A stretch of DNA of 64,000 bases from Rhodospirillaceae bacterium (GCA_002713365.1 PASR01000011.1:342110-406109); one strand, 5' to 3'; shown: positions 1-9,173, counted from the stretch's first letter. Notes: generated by a model not told the origin, from the letters alone. Program-made: numbers and translations.

Positions 1-392
1 TCTAACATACCTGGAACAATAATATGGTGCATGTTTAATGCTCCAATTAAGTTGATTGAGATAATTTCATTCCAGAACGAAGGTTCAGTATCAATGAAGT
101 TAATCAATCTATCCCACCCTGCATTATTAACTAGTATATCTGTTGGACCAAAAGAGCTCTCTATTTCGTAAGTCGCTTCAACTATAGAATTATAGTCAGT
201 TATATCGACCTGTCTTGCTAGGGCTGTTCCACCTTTACGGTTTATTTCATCAGCTATTTCAATACCTTTTTCTTTGTTAATATCTAGTATACCCACCAAT
301 ATCCCTTCATCAGAAAATCGTTGACATATGGCTTGTCCGATAGCTCCACTGCCGCCAGTTATGATAGCTACTTTTTTTGAAAGTCCTCTCAT
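1..392 (-). CDS. badH: SDR oxidoreductase, BadH-like 2-hydroxycyclohexanecarboxyl-CoA dehydrogenase (partial, runs off the left edge)
   Basis: Not in ORF track. Manual translation from ATG at 392 gives MRGLSKKVAIITGGSGAIG...DILVNNAGWD...TEPSFWNEIISINLIGALNMHH..PGM: SDR TGxxxxIG and NNAG motifs plus BadH-type NNAGWD and MHH..PGM segments. AGAGGT RBS upstream. Confidence 0.7.
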   Translation of the reverse strand, partial: MRGLSKKVAIITGGSGAIGQAICQRFSDEGILVGILDINKEKGIEIADEINRKGGTALARQVDITDYNSIVEATYEIESSFGPTDILVNNAGWDRLINFIDTEPSFWNEIISINLIGALNMHHIIVPGML

Positions 393-574
393 TATCTTTC
401 TACCTCTTTTGAATTTATTTAAAATTGTAGCTGGCATTAGCATTTAATAATAGATTTATGCTGTATTTTATAATGCTATAAAAAGGAGCTAATCATTTAT
501 AGTTATTTATATTTAGATATTTGCTGGAACATTTGATTATATCTATTATGATTATGCTGGTTTGAGAGGTAAAG

Positions 575-958
575 ATGACTATAACCAATGACAAACGTCC
601 ACCAGTGGCGGTTGGTCACGTACAATTACCGGTAAAAAATATTTCTAATGCGACGGATTTTTTAAAAAAAATTGGTTTAAGGCCAGTTTTTGAAAATAAA
701 AATATTGCTGTCCTTGAGCTTCGTGGGGGAACACATTTAATTTTAGAAAAGAAACGAATACAAGATAGGAAAGGAAAACAAGCTCCTGTTGACTTTATGG
801 TAGATAATTTAAAGGAAGCTCGTGATAAATATGCTAAAATTGGATTAAAACCCACGCCTATTAATAAAGGTAAGGTCCATAGTTCCTTCTATATTCCTGG
901 GCCTAGTGGTTGGGTTTTTAAAATTACATCTACGCACGTTACTAATTTACCTGTCTAA
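575..958 (+). CDS. VOC/glyoxalase-like family protein
   Basis: 127 aa, GHVQL...LELRGGTHLIL...DFMVD...F...GPSG pattern; GAGAGG RBS. Confidence 0.75.
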   Translation: MTITNDKRPPVAVGHVQLPVKNISNATDFLKKIGLRPVFENKNIAVLELRGGTHLILEKKRIQDRKGKQAPVDFMVDNLKEARDKYAKIGLKPTPINKGKVHSSFYIPGPSGWVFKITSTHVTNLPV

Positions 959-1078
959 ATTTATGTTTTTTTTAACTAATGAAAGGATTTAGTTATTTCT
1001 ATAATTGGACACAAAGTAGGAACTTTCTCAGAAACAGATCTGACTGATCATCCTAAGTATAAAAGTAATTCAATAGGT

Positions 1079-1858
1079 ATGTCTTATGCGCCTTTCGTTA
1101 ATCGTCATGCCGGATCAGTTCATACGGGCTTCGGTGTTATGGAGTTGTCACCTAGTGGTTCAACTGAAGTTACCGCCCATGCATTTGAGAAAGGTATTTA
1201 TGTGATTGAAGGAACATTAGATGTGCTAAGAGATGGACTGCCTTATAGACTGTCAGCTGGAGATTATACTTTGATTACAACGGCAACTCCCCATGCTTTG
1301 AGAAATGGGGGAAATAAAAAAGTGAGCTGTGTGGTTGTTGAATCACCTCAACCCAAGTCGCCAGAAGGTTGGCAGGATACATGGTTCTACGGTGAAGCAG
1401 TATGGCCTAAAATAATTGAAGCACCAGACCTTAAAGATCCTCGTTTGATGGGAATTGGGCACTATAATGTTAATAATCAGCCACCTTCTTCTACAGTGAA
1501 TTCCTACCTTTATGGATTCTCAATGAAGATGTTGTTGGATAGTGAAGTTGGAGCTACTCATTTTCGTATGTTTATTATAAATTTTAGAGATGGTGGTTTA
1601 TGTGACCATCACGACCATCCCTTTGAAGAGACTTACTTTATGTTGGATGGTGAGATTGATTGTGTATTTGAGGGCAAGAAATATACTCTTAAAGCTGGAG
1701 ATTATGGATGGACTGGTGTCGGTAGCCAGCACGGTTTTTTTCCTAAAGAAGGTCAACCAGCAAGGTGGTTGGAAGTCCAGGTGCCACAGCCGCCTCGTAT
1801 GGGTGGACAAAGATGGTATTCTCAGTGGGATTATATAAATCAAATTCTTAAGATATAA
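1079..1858 (+). CDS. Bicupin domain protein (true start may be ATT at 995)
   Basis: Two cupin motifs: AHAFEKGIYVIEG...PHALRN and HHDHPFEETYFMLDG...QHGF; frame is open upstream to 983. Confidence 0.8.
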   Translation: MSYAPFVNRHAGSVHTGFGVMELSPSGSTEVTAHAFEKGIYVIEGTLDVLRDGLPYRLSAGDYTLITTATPHALRNGGNKKVSCVVVESPQPKSPEGWQDTWFYGEAVWPKIIEAPDLKDPRLMGIGHYNVNNQPPSSTVNSYLYGFSMKMLLDSEVGATHFRMFIINFRDGGLCDHHDHPFEETYFMLDGEIDCVFEGKKYTLKAGDYGWTGVGSQHGFFPKEGQPARWLEVQVPQPPRMGGQRWYSQWDYINQILKI

Positions 1859-1875
1859 GTTTATGGAGAGTGATT

Positions 1876-2886
1876 ATGCTTACACTTCCTAGCCCCAGTG
1901 AGCGCATTCGTTTTAATGTTGAAAATGAACAGGTTCCAATATTAGATTTATTATCTTATTTAAACGGTGAATCAGGTGCAATTTATCAGGCGGCATCAGA
2001 CCTCCAATATATTCAAGAAAATCTCGGTTTTTATTACATTACCAATCACGGTGTATCATCAGAATTACTTACTAGAGCATTCGAAAAGGTAAAAATATTT
2101 TTTGATCTGCCTGAGGAAGAAAAAAGGAAAATTATTGTAAATAATCACCAGATTGGTTTTGTTCCTTCAAAAGCCAGCATCATGAAAACAGAACTTTCTG
2201 ACACTAATACAATGGCTGATCTTAACGAAGGGTTATCGCTGATGCGCGAAAGAAGTCCTGATGACCCGAAAGTTTTGGCTGGGGTACGTTTTTCTGGGCT
2301 GAACCAATGGCCGGCTGGGGTTCCTGGGTTAAAAGAGACTATTTTAGAGTATCATTATGAAATGGAAAAGTTAGCTAGTAGCCTTTTACCTCTATATGCA
2401 CTTGCCCTTGAAAAATCACCTAATTATTTTGATGAATATTTTGAGGATGCTCATTTTTATAACCGGAACTCCTTTTATCCAGCTACTAATCAATCAGATG
2501 GACACCAGGCATTAGGAGAACATACAGATCATAATTTTTTGGCTTTATTACCGATGTCGGAGGAGCCAGGCTTAATGTATGCTACACCATCAGGTAAATG
2601 GTGTGTGGCTCCAAAAAAGAATAATGCTATAGTTGTTAATACTGGTGAGTTTCTTAAAAGATGGAGTAATGGGCGTTTTTTGCCTACACCGCACAAAGTG
2701 GTTGTACCTAATCGTGATCGATATTCTTTAACTTTTCATTATAGTCCAAATGATGAAACACTAGCAGACCCGCTGGATACATGCGTGAGTTCAACTAATC
2801 CTCGCAAGTTTGAACCGAAAACGTTTCTTGAGCACATGACGGATTATATAGATGCAGTTTACATACCTCAAAAAGATTTGCTGTAA
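1876..2886 (+). CDS. Isopenicillin N synthase-like 2OG-Fe(II) oxygenase
   Basis: GFYYITNHGV, NQWP, HTD...H(KV)...RYS facial triad and 2OG-binding motif; GGAG RBS favours ATG at 1876. Confidence 0.88.
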   Translation: MLTLPSPSERIRFNVENEQVPILDLLSYLNGESGAIYQAASDLQYIQENLGFYYITNHGVSSELLTRAFEKVKIFFDLPEEEKRKIIVNNHQIGFVPSKASIMKTELSDTNTMADLNEGLSLMRERSPDDPKVLAGVRFSGLNQWPAGVPGLKETILEYHYEMEKLASSLLPLYALALEKSPNYFDEYFEDAHFYNRNSFYPATNQSDGHQALGEHTDHNFLALLPMSEEPGLMYATPSGKWCVAPKKNNAIVVNTGEFLKRWSNGRFLPTPHKVVVPNRDRYSLTFHYSPNDETLADPLDTCVSSTNPRKFEPKTFLEHMTDYIDAVYIPQKDLL

Positions 2887-2937
2887 AACTTAAATACTAT
2901 TTATCTAATATAATTTAATTATAAGTAAATAACTAAT

Positions 2938-4581
2938 ATGTACTGTACTGAGACAGAAGTAATTATTATAGGTGGAGGGCCGGTAGGTCTTATTATAGCC
3001 CTTGAGCTAGATCGACAGGGAATCAATTGTCTATTGGTCAATAATCAATTGCAAACTGCAGTCCATCCAAAGGCAAATGCTATAAACTCGAGATCTATGG
3101 AGCATTTTCGTAGGCACGGAATTGCTTCTAAGATAAGATCATCTGGATTGCCAAGTGATTACCCTACTGACGTGACTTATGTTACTAGATTGACTGGATA
3201 TGAGTTAGCTAGACTATCGATGCCATCTAGCAGTGAAGCTGTAAAACAAGCAAAACATTCAAATAGTATCTATGATTGTTCAGAACCTCCTCATAGATGT
3301 AGTCAAATATATCTTGAAAAAATACTATATGATGAAGTTTTAAATAGAAAACGAATTGATGTTCGATTTGGTCATGAATTTGAAGAGTTTAATGAGATTA
3401 ATGGAGGTGTAACTGCTAAAATTAGGGACTTATCTGCCAATACAAAATATAATGTAAGCGCTAAATATTTGATTGGAGCAGATGGTGGGCGAAGCAAGGT
3501 GCGTCGTCAATTGGGTATTGAGTACGAAGGTGAAGGAGGGGTTTTACGGCGCATGATGGGGGGGGCAATGCAGGCAACGTTTTTTTATGCTGAGCGCAAC
3601 GACCAATGGTTAAAATTAAAAGAATCGTGGCAATATTGGATAATTACTTCTGATCTGCGTGCTCTTCTAATGTCAGTTGATGGACGAAATAAATTTGTTT
3701 TACTCACGCGAATTCCTGATAGTAATAAAGCCAACACAATCGATGATAAAGATTTAATTTCTAGGGCTGCAGGAGTACCTGTAAAATCCAAAATATTGTT
3801 AAGACAACAATGGACAGCTGGTCATGCATTAATAGCCACATCATATGGAAGTAACAAAGTTTGGTTAGCAGGTGATTCAGCTCATTTATTTACTCCTACT
3901 GGGGGCTTAGGTATGAACACTGGTATTGACGACGGTGTAAATTTAGCCTGGAAACTTGCGGCTGTAATAAATGGTTGGGGTGGGCCAAACCTTCTTCAAA
4001 GTTATGAGAAAGATCGTCGACCAATAGGGATTCGTAACTTATCTTTTGCTACAGAGTTTGCAGAGTCGATTGGTTCGTTTGGCGTCTCTTCTAAGATTGA
4101 AGAAGATAGTGAAGCAGGCAAAGTTGAAAGAGATAAGCTAGGGTATCACCTGATTAATCACGGACAGCGTGAGTTTTTAATACCTGGTATTGTTCTGGGA
4201 GCTCGTTACGATAATTCATCGATCATATGGCAAGATAAGTCGTTACCAGTTCCTGATGAGCCATACAGTTATATATCTACTGCTCGACCTGGTTCTAGAG
4301 CTCCACATGTTTGGCTTAAGGATGGTTCAGCTATCTGTGACCACTTTGGCACAGGGTTTACCTTATTAAAATTTAATTCTGTTAAGTCAATTGATAGATT
4401 ATTCTTTGCCGCTAATAAATCTGGCGTTCCAATAAAATTATTTGACTGTAATGAAAATAATTTGAAAAGCCATTACGGTGCTGACCTAACATTAGTTGGC
4501 CCTGATGGGCATGTGGTATGGAGAGGAAATAAAATTCCTAATGAATGTAATAGCCTAATAGACCGCATTCGTGGGGTCTAG
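2938..4581 (+). CDS. FAD-dependent monooxygenase (PheA/TfdB-like aromatic hydroxylase family)
   Basis: GGGPVG, GADGGRS, LAGDSAH..PTGGLGMNTG and C-terminal PGSRAPHVWL motifs. Confidence 0.9.
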   Translation: MYCTETEVIIIGGGPVGLIIALELDRQGINCLLVNNQLQTAVHPKANAINSRSMEHFRRHGIASKIRSSGLPSDYPTDVTYVTRLTGYELARLSMPSSSEAVKQAKHSNSIYDCSEPPHRCSQIYLEKILYDEVLNRKRIDVRFGHEFEEFNEINGGVTAKIRDLSANTKYNVSAKYLIGADGGRSKVRRQLGIEYEGEGGVLRRMMGGAMQATFFYAERNDQWLKLKESWQYWIITSDLRALLMSVDGRNKFVLLTRIPDSNKANTIDDKDLISRAAGVPVKSKILLRQQWTAGHALIATSYGSNKVWLAGDSAHLFTPTGGLGMNTGIDDGVNLAWKLAAVINGWGGPNLLQSYEKDRRPIGIRNLSFATEFAESIGSFGVSSKIEEDSEAGKVERDKLGYHLINHGQREFLIPGIVLGARYDNSSIIWQDKSLPVPDEPYSYISTARPGSRAPHVWLKDGSAICDHFGTGFTLLKFNSVKSIDRLFFAANKSGVPIKLFDCNENNLKSHYGADLTLVGPDGHVVWRGNKIPNECNSLIDRIRGV

Positions 4582-5789
4582 GTTGGATCAATACGGTGTA
4601 TGCCTCGTGGTATGTCGTGCAAAGATACAACTCCATTCTCCGTAATCCTAACTGCTTCTCCGGTTTGAACACCAGCCTTTTGGTCCTTAGTAATGATATT
4701 GGGTTGAACCACCATGCACATTCCTGGCTCTAGAGTTAAATTAGGTATTGGACCAGCAGGACGACTTTTACAGCCTAAAATTGGTTGTAAATAACCACCA
4801 CCATAACCATGAACTAAATCATCATAAATAGTAAAACCAGATTCTTCTATTATTGATGATGCATCAAATATATCTTGAGCTGTCGCACCCGGCTTTAGTA
4901 TTGCCATTATAGAATCAAATGTAGCTTCAGCCGTTATATGAAGATCTTTATATAGTGAATTTGGATCATCTCCTACTGTAAATGTTCTTAGTATTTGTCC
5001 TGAATAGTCCCAGAAATCAGAACTAATTTCCGTAAAGCCGATATCTCCATTACTTATTTGACGAGTCAATGGCCATTGACGAGGTACGCAGCAATCAGGG
5101 TTATCCATATTGGTAACCCCAAAAAAATGAATGAGGTTAGTTGCCCCAAAAGGAAGGTATGCTCTTTCGACATAGTCTCCCAAGTTGCGTTCATTATCAC
5201 CTATTCTTATATTTTTTAATACAGATTCGTAAGATAAATCACTTAACACTGCACCTATTTTTAACCATTCGAATTCTTCTTCGGACTTGATCATCCTTGA
5301 ATTACTATAGTCACGGTTTAGATCAATTATTTCGGACGTATTCTCTTCCAATATACGGTAGGGACCCATTGATAAGGGTCCTATAACGCCTACTCGGGGA
5401 TTTATTTTTCCTCGTTTCTTCATGGCTAGTATTGCGGTCTCTATAGAAGAATCGTTACCTGCTTTCACGTCAGTTTCATAAGCAATTAGGCTGGCTTGCG
5501 GAACGTGGTTATAAAATTGAACACACATCGTAGGTTTGTGCTCTAACGTAAAAACAATTGCAGCCTCGGCTGTTACCGGCCATCCTGTAAAAAAACATAC
5601 TGCATTTCCAGCCCAATAAGCTCCATATATTAGAATATGATCAAGATCATATTCTTTAATCCACTTATTTATGAAATCACGTCGTCGATTCATCTCTTCA
5701 TTTGAAAAACGTGGGAATTCTTGGTTGATAATTTCCCACTGTGAAGGCGTTAGGCGATTTTTGAGAACAGTAATATTATCTCTGGTCAT
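4578..5789 (-). CDS. M24 (creatinase/Xaa-Pro peptidase) fold hydrolase
   Basis: RMIKSEEE, YSGQILRTF, HGYGG, LEPGM.MVVQP motifs; GGAG RBS before ATG at 5789. Confidence 0.85.
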   Translation of the reverse strand: MTRDNITVLKNRLTPSQWEIINQEFPRFSNEEMNRRRDFINKWIKEYDLDHILIYGAYWAGNAVCFFTGWPVTAEAAIVFTLEHKPTMCVQFYNHVPQASLIAYETDVKAGNDSSIETAILAMKKRGKINPRVGVIGPLSMGPYRILEENTSEIIDLNRDYSNSRMIKSEEEFEWLKIGAVLSDLSYESVLKNIRIGDNERNLGDYVERAYLPFGATNLIHFFGVTNMDNPDCCVPRQWPLTRQISNGDIGFTEISSDFWDYSGQILRTFTVGDDPNSLYKDLHITAEATFDSIMAILKPGATAQDIFDASSIIEESGFTIYDDLVHGYGGGYLQPILGCKSRPAGPIPNLTLEPGMCMVVQPNIITKDQKAGVQTGEAVRITENGVVSLHDIPRGIHRIDPT

Positions 5790-6062
5790 ACTTAAATCTC
5801 CGACTTTTCTATTAATTATAGAATTCCTCAAATTTTAAATATATTTAGTTGCATTTTCGTTAAATATTGCAAGTATACCTAATAGTAGCTGAGGCAATTT
5901 ACAAAAATATTTCTGAAAAAAAATTATATATAGAACTGTTTAGGTCAGCCTACACCATAAGCGCTAGATATAAAAATGCTATCCAGCACCTTAAGAAGGC
6001 TTTGTGCCTATGGGTTGGGAACGGTGTAATTAGATTATTAAACCTACTTTTATAAACAGAGC

Positions 6063-6248
6063 CTAAAGTCCACTCCGCCACGTTCCCGACGATTTGCAGC
6101 GTTTACAAACACGCTCGCCCGACCACTCACTACTGAATTGCTCTCTGCATTTCAAGCAAAGGCGTGTCATTGGTTCCTCTGCGCGCTGCAAAGATCCAGA
6201 AATAAAATCGTCTTCGACCTGAGTATCGATATTTTTTGTGTCATCCAT
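6063..6248 (-). CDS. Small zinc-ribbon protein (CxxC-x13-CxxC)
   Basis: RLCLKCREQFSSEWSGERVCKRCK; acidic N-terminus; locally higher GC, coding-like. Confidence 0.7.
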   Translation of the reverse strand: MDDTKNIDTQVEDDFISGSLQRAEEPMTRLCLKCREQFSSEWSGERVCKRCKSSGTWRSGL

Positions 6249-6405
6249 AATTAGATTTATTAACTCATTAGTTTCATTATCTCACCGTTCTCCAAACAAG
6301 GCCAGGTAACGGCTTATAATGATTTTCTCTTCCCTAAAGATAAGGACTTTACGCTCTATTTATTGTCTTTTAAAGACAGTGACGTAAATAACCTCTCTCA
6401 TATTC

Positions 6406-6433
6406 AAATAGGTATTATGACATACGAGTCAAG
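6406..6433 (-). promoter_or_regulatory. Putative promoter CTTGAC-N15-CCTATTT (alphaproteobacterial RpoH/RpoD-like) for the zinc-ribbon gene
   Basis: Minus strand reads cttgac-tcgtatgtcataata-cctattt. Confidence 0.4.
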
Positions 6434-6556
6434 CCCTAGATGATTTTCTATTTAGAAATACAAGCTATAATAGTTATTTTCATATGTTTCGTTGGTCCTT
6501 CTATATATATATAAAGTATTTTAAGTAAAGATAAATTTTTTATGGGGGTTTTATGA

Positions 6557-7462
6557 ATGGAAATATTTCTAACTGGTGCGACTGGTTATATTGGCGGGAC
6601 TGTAGACCATAAATTAATAGAAGCAGGCCATAAAGTAATAGGATTAGCAAGAAATGAAAGTAGGGCTAAGCTTTTAGAAAAAAGGGGTATTATTCCCCGC
6701 ATAGGAACTCTGGAGAATTTAGAGGTCTTGGATGAGAATGCTCGATCTTCAGACGCTGTTATTAATGCTGCTGATGCTGATAATCCATTTTCAGCCAGAG
6801 TGCTGGTTGATGCATTACGTGGTACTGGGAAAAAGTACATCCAAACTAGTGGTACTAGTATAGTTTCTGATAACGCTTGCGGCGAAGAAAACGATGTTAT
6901 TTATAATGAGGATATTCCTATTAGTGCTCTGCCAGAAAAAGCTGGAAGAATAGCTACTGATCGTATGATACTGGATGCAGCCAATGATGGTGTGCATTCT
7001 ATTATAATATGCCCTTGCCTTATTTACGGACAGGGACTTGGGGTAAGGCCTCATAGTCCACAAATACCTACTTTTATAGAACTAGCTAAATCATCCGGCA
7101 TACCGCGACACATAGGCAAAGGACAAAATATTTGGTCTAATGTATTTATAGAGGATTGTGCGGATGCATATTGCTTAGCTTTAAACGAAGCTCCTTCAGG
7201 TTCATTTTTCTATATTGAGTCAGGTGAGGCATCAATGATCGAAGTTAATAAATCGGTTGGTAGAATGCTCAACTTAAGTAGTGCAACAGAAACGTTTCCT
7301 ATGTATGAGGCAATTCGGGAATGGGGACCAGCCATGGCATATGCGATGAGCTCTAATGTTCGAGTTAATGCTGATAAGGCCCGGGCTTTAATAGGTTGGC
7401 AACCAAAAGGGCCCTCTATATTCGATGATATCGAAAATGGTTCATACCGAGTTTATATCTAG
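6557..7462 (+). CDS. NAD-dependent epimerase/dehydratase family (atypical SDR)
   Basis: IFLTGATGYIG, TSGTS, IYG, WSNVFIED motifs. Confidence 0.85.
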   Translation: MEIFLTGATGYIGGTVDHKLIEAGHKVIGLARNESRAKLLEKRGIIPRIGTLENLEVLDENARSSDAVINAADADNPFSARVLVDALRGTGKKYIQTSGTSIVSDNACGEENDVIYNEDIPISALPEKAGRIATDRMILDAANDGVHSIIICPCLIYGQGLGVRPHSPQIPTFIELAKSSGIPRHIGKGQNIWSNVFIEDCADAYCLALNEAPSGSFFYIESGEASMIEVNKSVGRMLNLSSATETFPMYEAIREWGPAMAYAMSSNVRVNADKARALIGWQPKGPSIFDDIENGSYRVYI

Positions 7463-7505
7463 TGTACATGCGTTTGTGCTTAATAAATATAAAAATTGTT
7501 AGCTC

Positions 7506-8537
7506 ATGAAAAGCCATAATTCATTTTTAAAGAGGTTATATAACCCATTTTTAATTATATTTATTTTGATTGGGTTAGCCGCATTTTTGATTGGAGTTAT
7601 AACAGGAGTTCAGAGCCGTATACCTGTGTTGGAATCCTCTCTGATTGAAACAAAAGATAGAGTCAAATCGTTAGAAATTAGTATACGTGATCTTAATATA
7701 GAGCTTTCTAATTCGTTAAAGTCTCAAGAATTTCTGAATAAAACTCTTAATGAAGAACGAGATACAGCAAAAAAAGATGCTCTTAATTCAAAAAGTACTA
7801 TTACCAAACTTCATTTAGAGCTATCGGAAAGTATAGCTAATAATAAGTTAGAACAAAATAAAATATTTTTAATTACTGGGGAGATGATAAAACTAAAAAA
7901 TAAATTAGCTATCCTTAGCAACGAATTAGAAGCCTCTGAGATAAAAAGAAAATTAACCCAGAATAAATTAGAAAATGAGTTGGTTACATTATCCCTTAAG
8001 TTATCTGAAGCTATATCCAAAAATGTTAAGATAGAAGATGATGCAAAGTTAGAGCGTATCGCCGCAAGAAATAGATCTTTAGAACTGAAGAAAATAATAA
8101 GTAAGTTACGTTTTGATATTAAGAAATATAAACTGACTGAGCCAGAAGTGGGAATTATTAAAAAGGGATCAGAAAATAAAAATAATAATGAAGTTACAGA
8201 TGTTTTTTCAAAGTCATCTCCGCTACTTGTTGGACCTATTAGGCAAGGTATAGAGGCCTATAATCGTTCTGATTATGTAAAGGCCTATGAGATTTGGTTG
8301 CCTCTAGCTTTAGATGGATCTAAAAGAGCTCAGTTTTTTATTGGTGCTTTATATTTTGAAGGCCGCGGAGTTAAACAAAATATTATTAGATCTTACTTAT
8401 GGTTACATAGAGCTAATGAAAGTGGAGATAAAGCGGCTCCAGTATTAATTGGGAGACTTAAAAAAATAATGTCTCCAGCAGAACTAAATGAAGTGCAGCG
8501 TAGAATTATAACTAAAGATAGTCTTCCTATAAAATAG
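7506..8537 (+). CDS. Membrane-anchored coiled-coil protein with C-terminal Sel1-like repeat
   Basis: N-terminal TM helix, long K/E/L heptad region, C-terminal GIEAYNRSDY..A...LPLA..G...AQFFIGALYFEGRGV.Q. Confidence 0.75.
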   Translation: MKSHNSFLKRLYNPFLIIFILIGLAAFLIGVITGVQSRIPVLESSLIETKDRVKSLEISIRDLNIELSNSLKSQEFLNKTLNEERDTAKKDALNSKSTITKLHLELSESIANNKLEQNKIFLITGEMIKLKNKLAILSNELEASEIKRKLTQNKLENELVTLSLKLSEAISKNVKIEDDAKLERIAARNRSLELKKIISKLRFDIKKYKLTEPEVGIIKKGSENKNNNEVTDVFSKSSPLLVGPIRQGIEAYNRSDYVKAYEIWLPLALDGSKRAQFFIGALYFEGRGVKQNIIRSYLWLHRANESGDKAAPVLIGRLKKIMSPAELNEVQRRIITKDSLPIK

Positions 8538-8608
8538 TTTTGATTTATTAAGTGCCGATTGACTATCAACAATATAATAAATTTATTTTAATAAATAGGG
8601 AATTAAAT

Positions 8609-8935
8609 ATGCTTTATGAACTTAGAATATACAATTGTTTTCCGGGACGACTGCCTGATCTTTTAAATAGGTTTGAAAACATAACAATTGAAATATGGGA
8701 AAAGCATGGAATTCGTCAGGCTGGATTTTGGACAACTTTAATTGGTGAAAATAATCAAACTTTATACTATATGCTGGAATGGGAATCTCTTGCTGATAGA
8801 GAAAAGAAATGGAATTCTTTTCAAAATGATCCTGAATGGCACAGTAAGAGAGCTGAAACAGAAAAGAATGGACCGCTTGTAGCTTCTCTATCAAACTCTA
8901 TTCTTCAACCAACAAATTTTTCATCTGTTAAATAA
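8609..8935 (+). CDS. NIPSNAP family protein
   Basis: MLYELRIY...PGRLPDLLNRF...GFWTT...WESLADREKKW..F..DPEW...ILQPT.FS; AGGG RBS before ATG at 8609. Confidence 0.92.
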   Translation: MLYELRIYNCFPGRLPDLLNRFENITIEIWEKHGIRQAGFWTTLIGENNQTLYYMLEWESLADREKKWNSFQNDPEWHSKRAETEKNGPLVASLSNSILQPTNFSSVK

Positions 8936-8936
8936 A

Positions 8937-9173
8937 CTATAGACGTTTACGAACATAATTAGCGCCTAGCAGCCCTCCCACTATAGTGCATAATATTATT
9001 GAAGTAGTGGGGTTAAAAATTATATCAAAAAACCAACTGGGAGTGCAGCAATTTGGTTGAGTATGAAGTGCTCCCATTATAAGCAAAACTAGAAAGCTTA
9101 GTATGTTGGCAATAATAAAAGCTAATATTGCTGCACTTATGAAACCAATACTAAGCATTAAACGGTTTTTCAT
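8937..9173 (-). CDS. Small two-TM membrane protein, hypothetical
   Basis: 78 aa, two hydrophobic segments around a loop containing CC; fills the gap between genes. Confidence 0.55.
   Translation of the reverse strand: MKNRLMLSIGFISAAILAFIIANILSFLVLLIMGALHTQPNCCTPSWFFDIIFNPTTSIILCTIVGGLLGANYVRKRL

Noticed and set aside
6012..6035. GGGAACGGTGTAA resembling part of a cobalamin riboswitch
   Set aside because: The following AATCCG stem and B12 box are absent, and there is no B12-related gene downstream.
5867..6055. 62-aa plus-strand ORF with a TPR-like AIQHLKKAL phrase
   Set aside because: TTG start without an RBS, no further motif, and it overlaps the hairpin; probably spurious.
6043..6055. 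13-bp inverted match to sequence just after tRNA-Arg (TTATAAAAGTAGG), a possible att site
   Set aside because: AT-rich 13-mer expected by chance in 64 kb; it is not the tRNA 3' end and no integrase is present.
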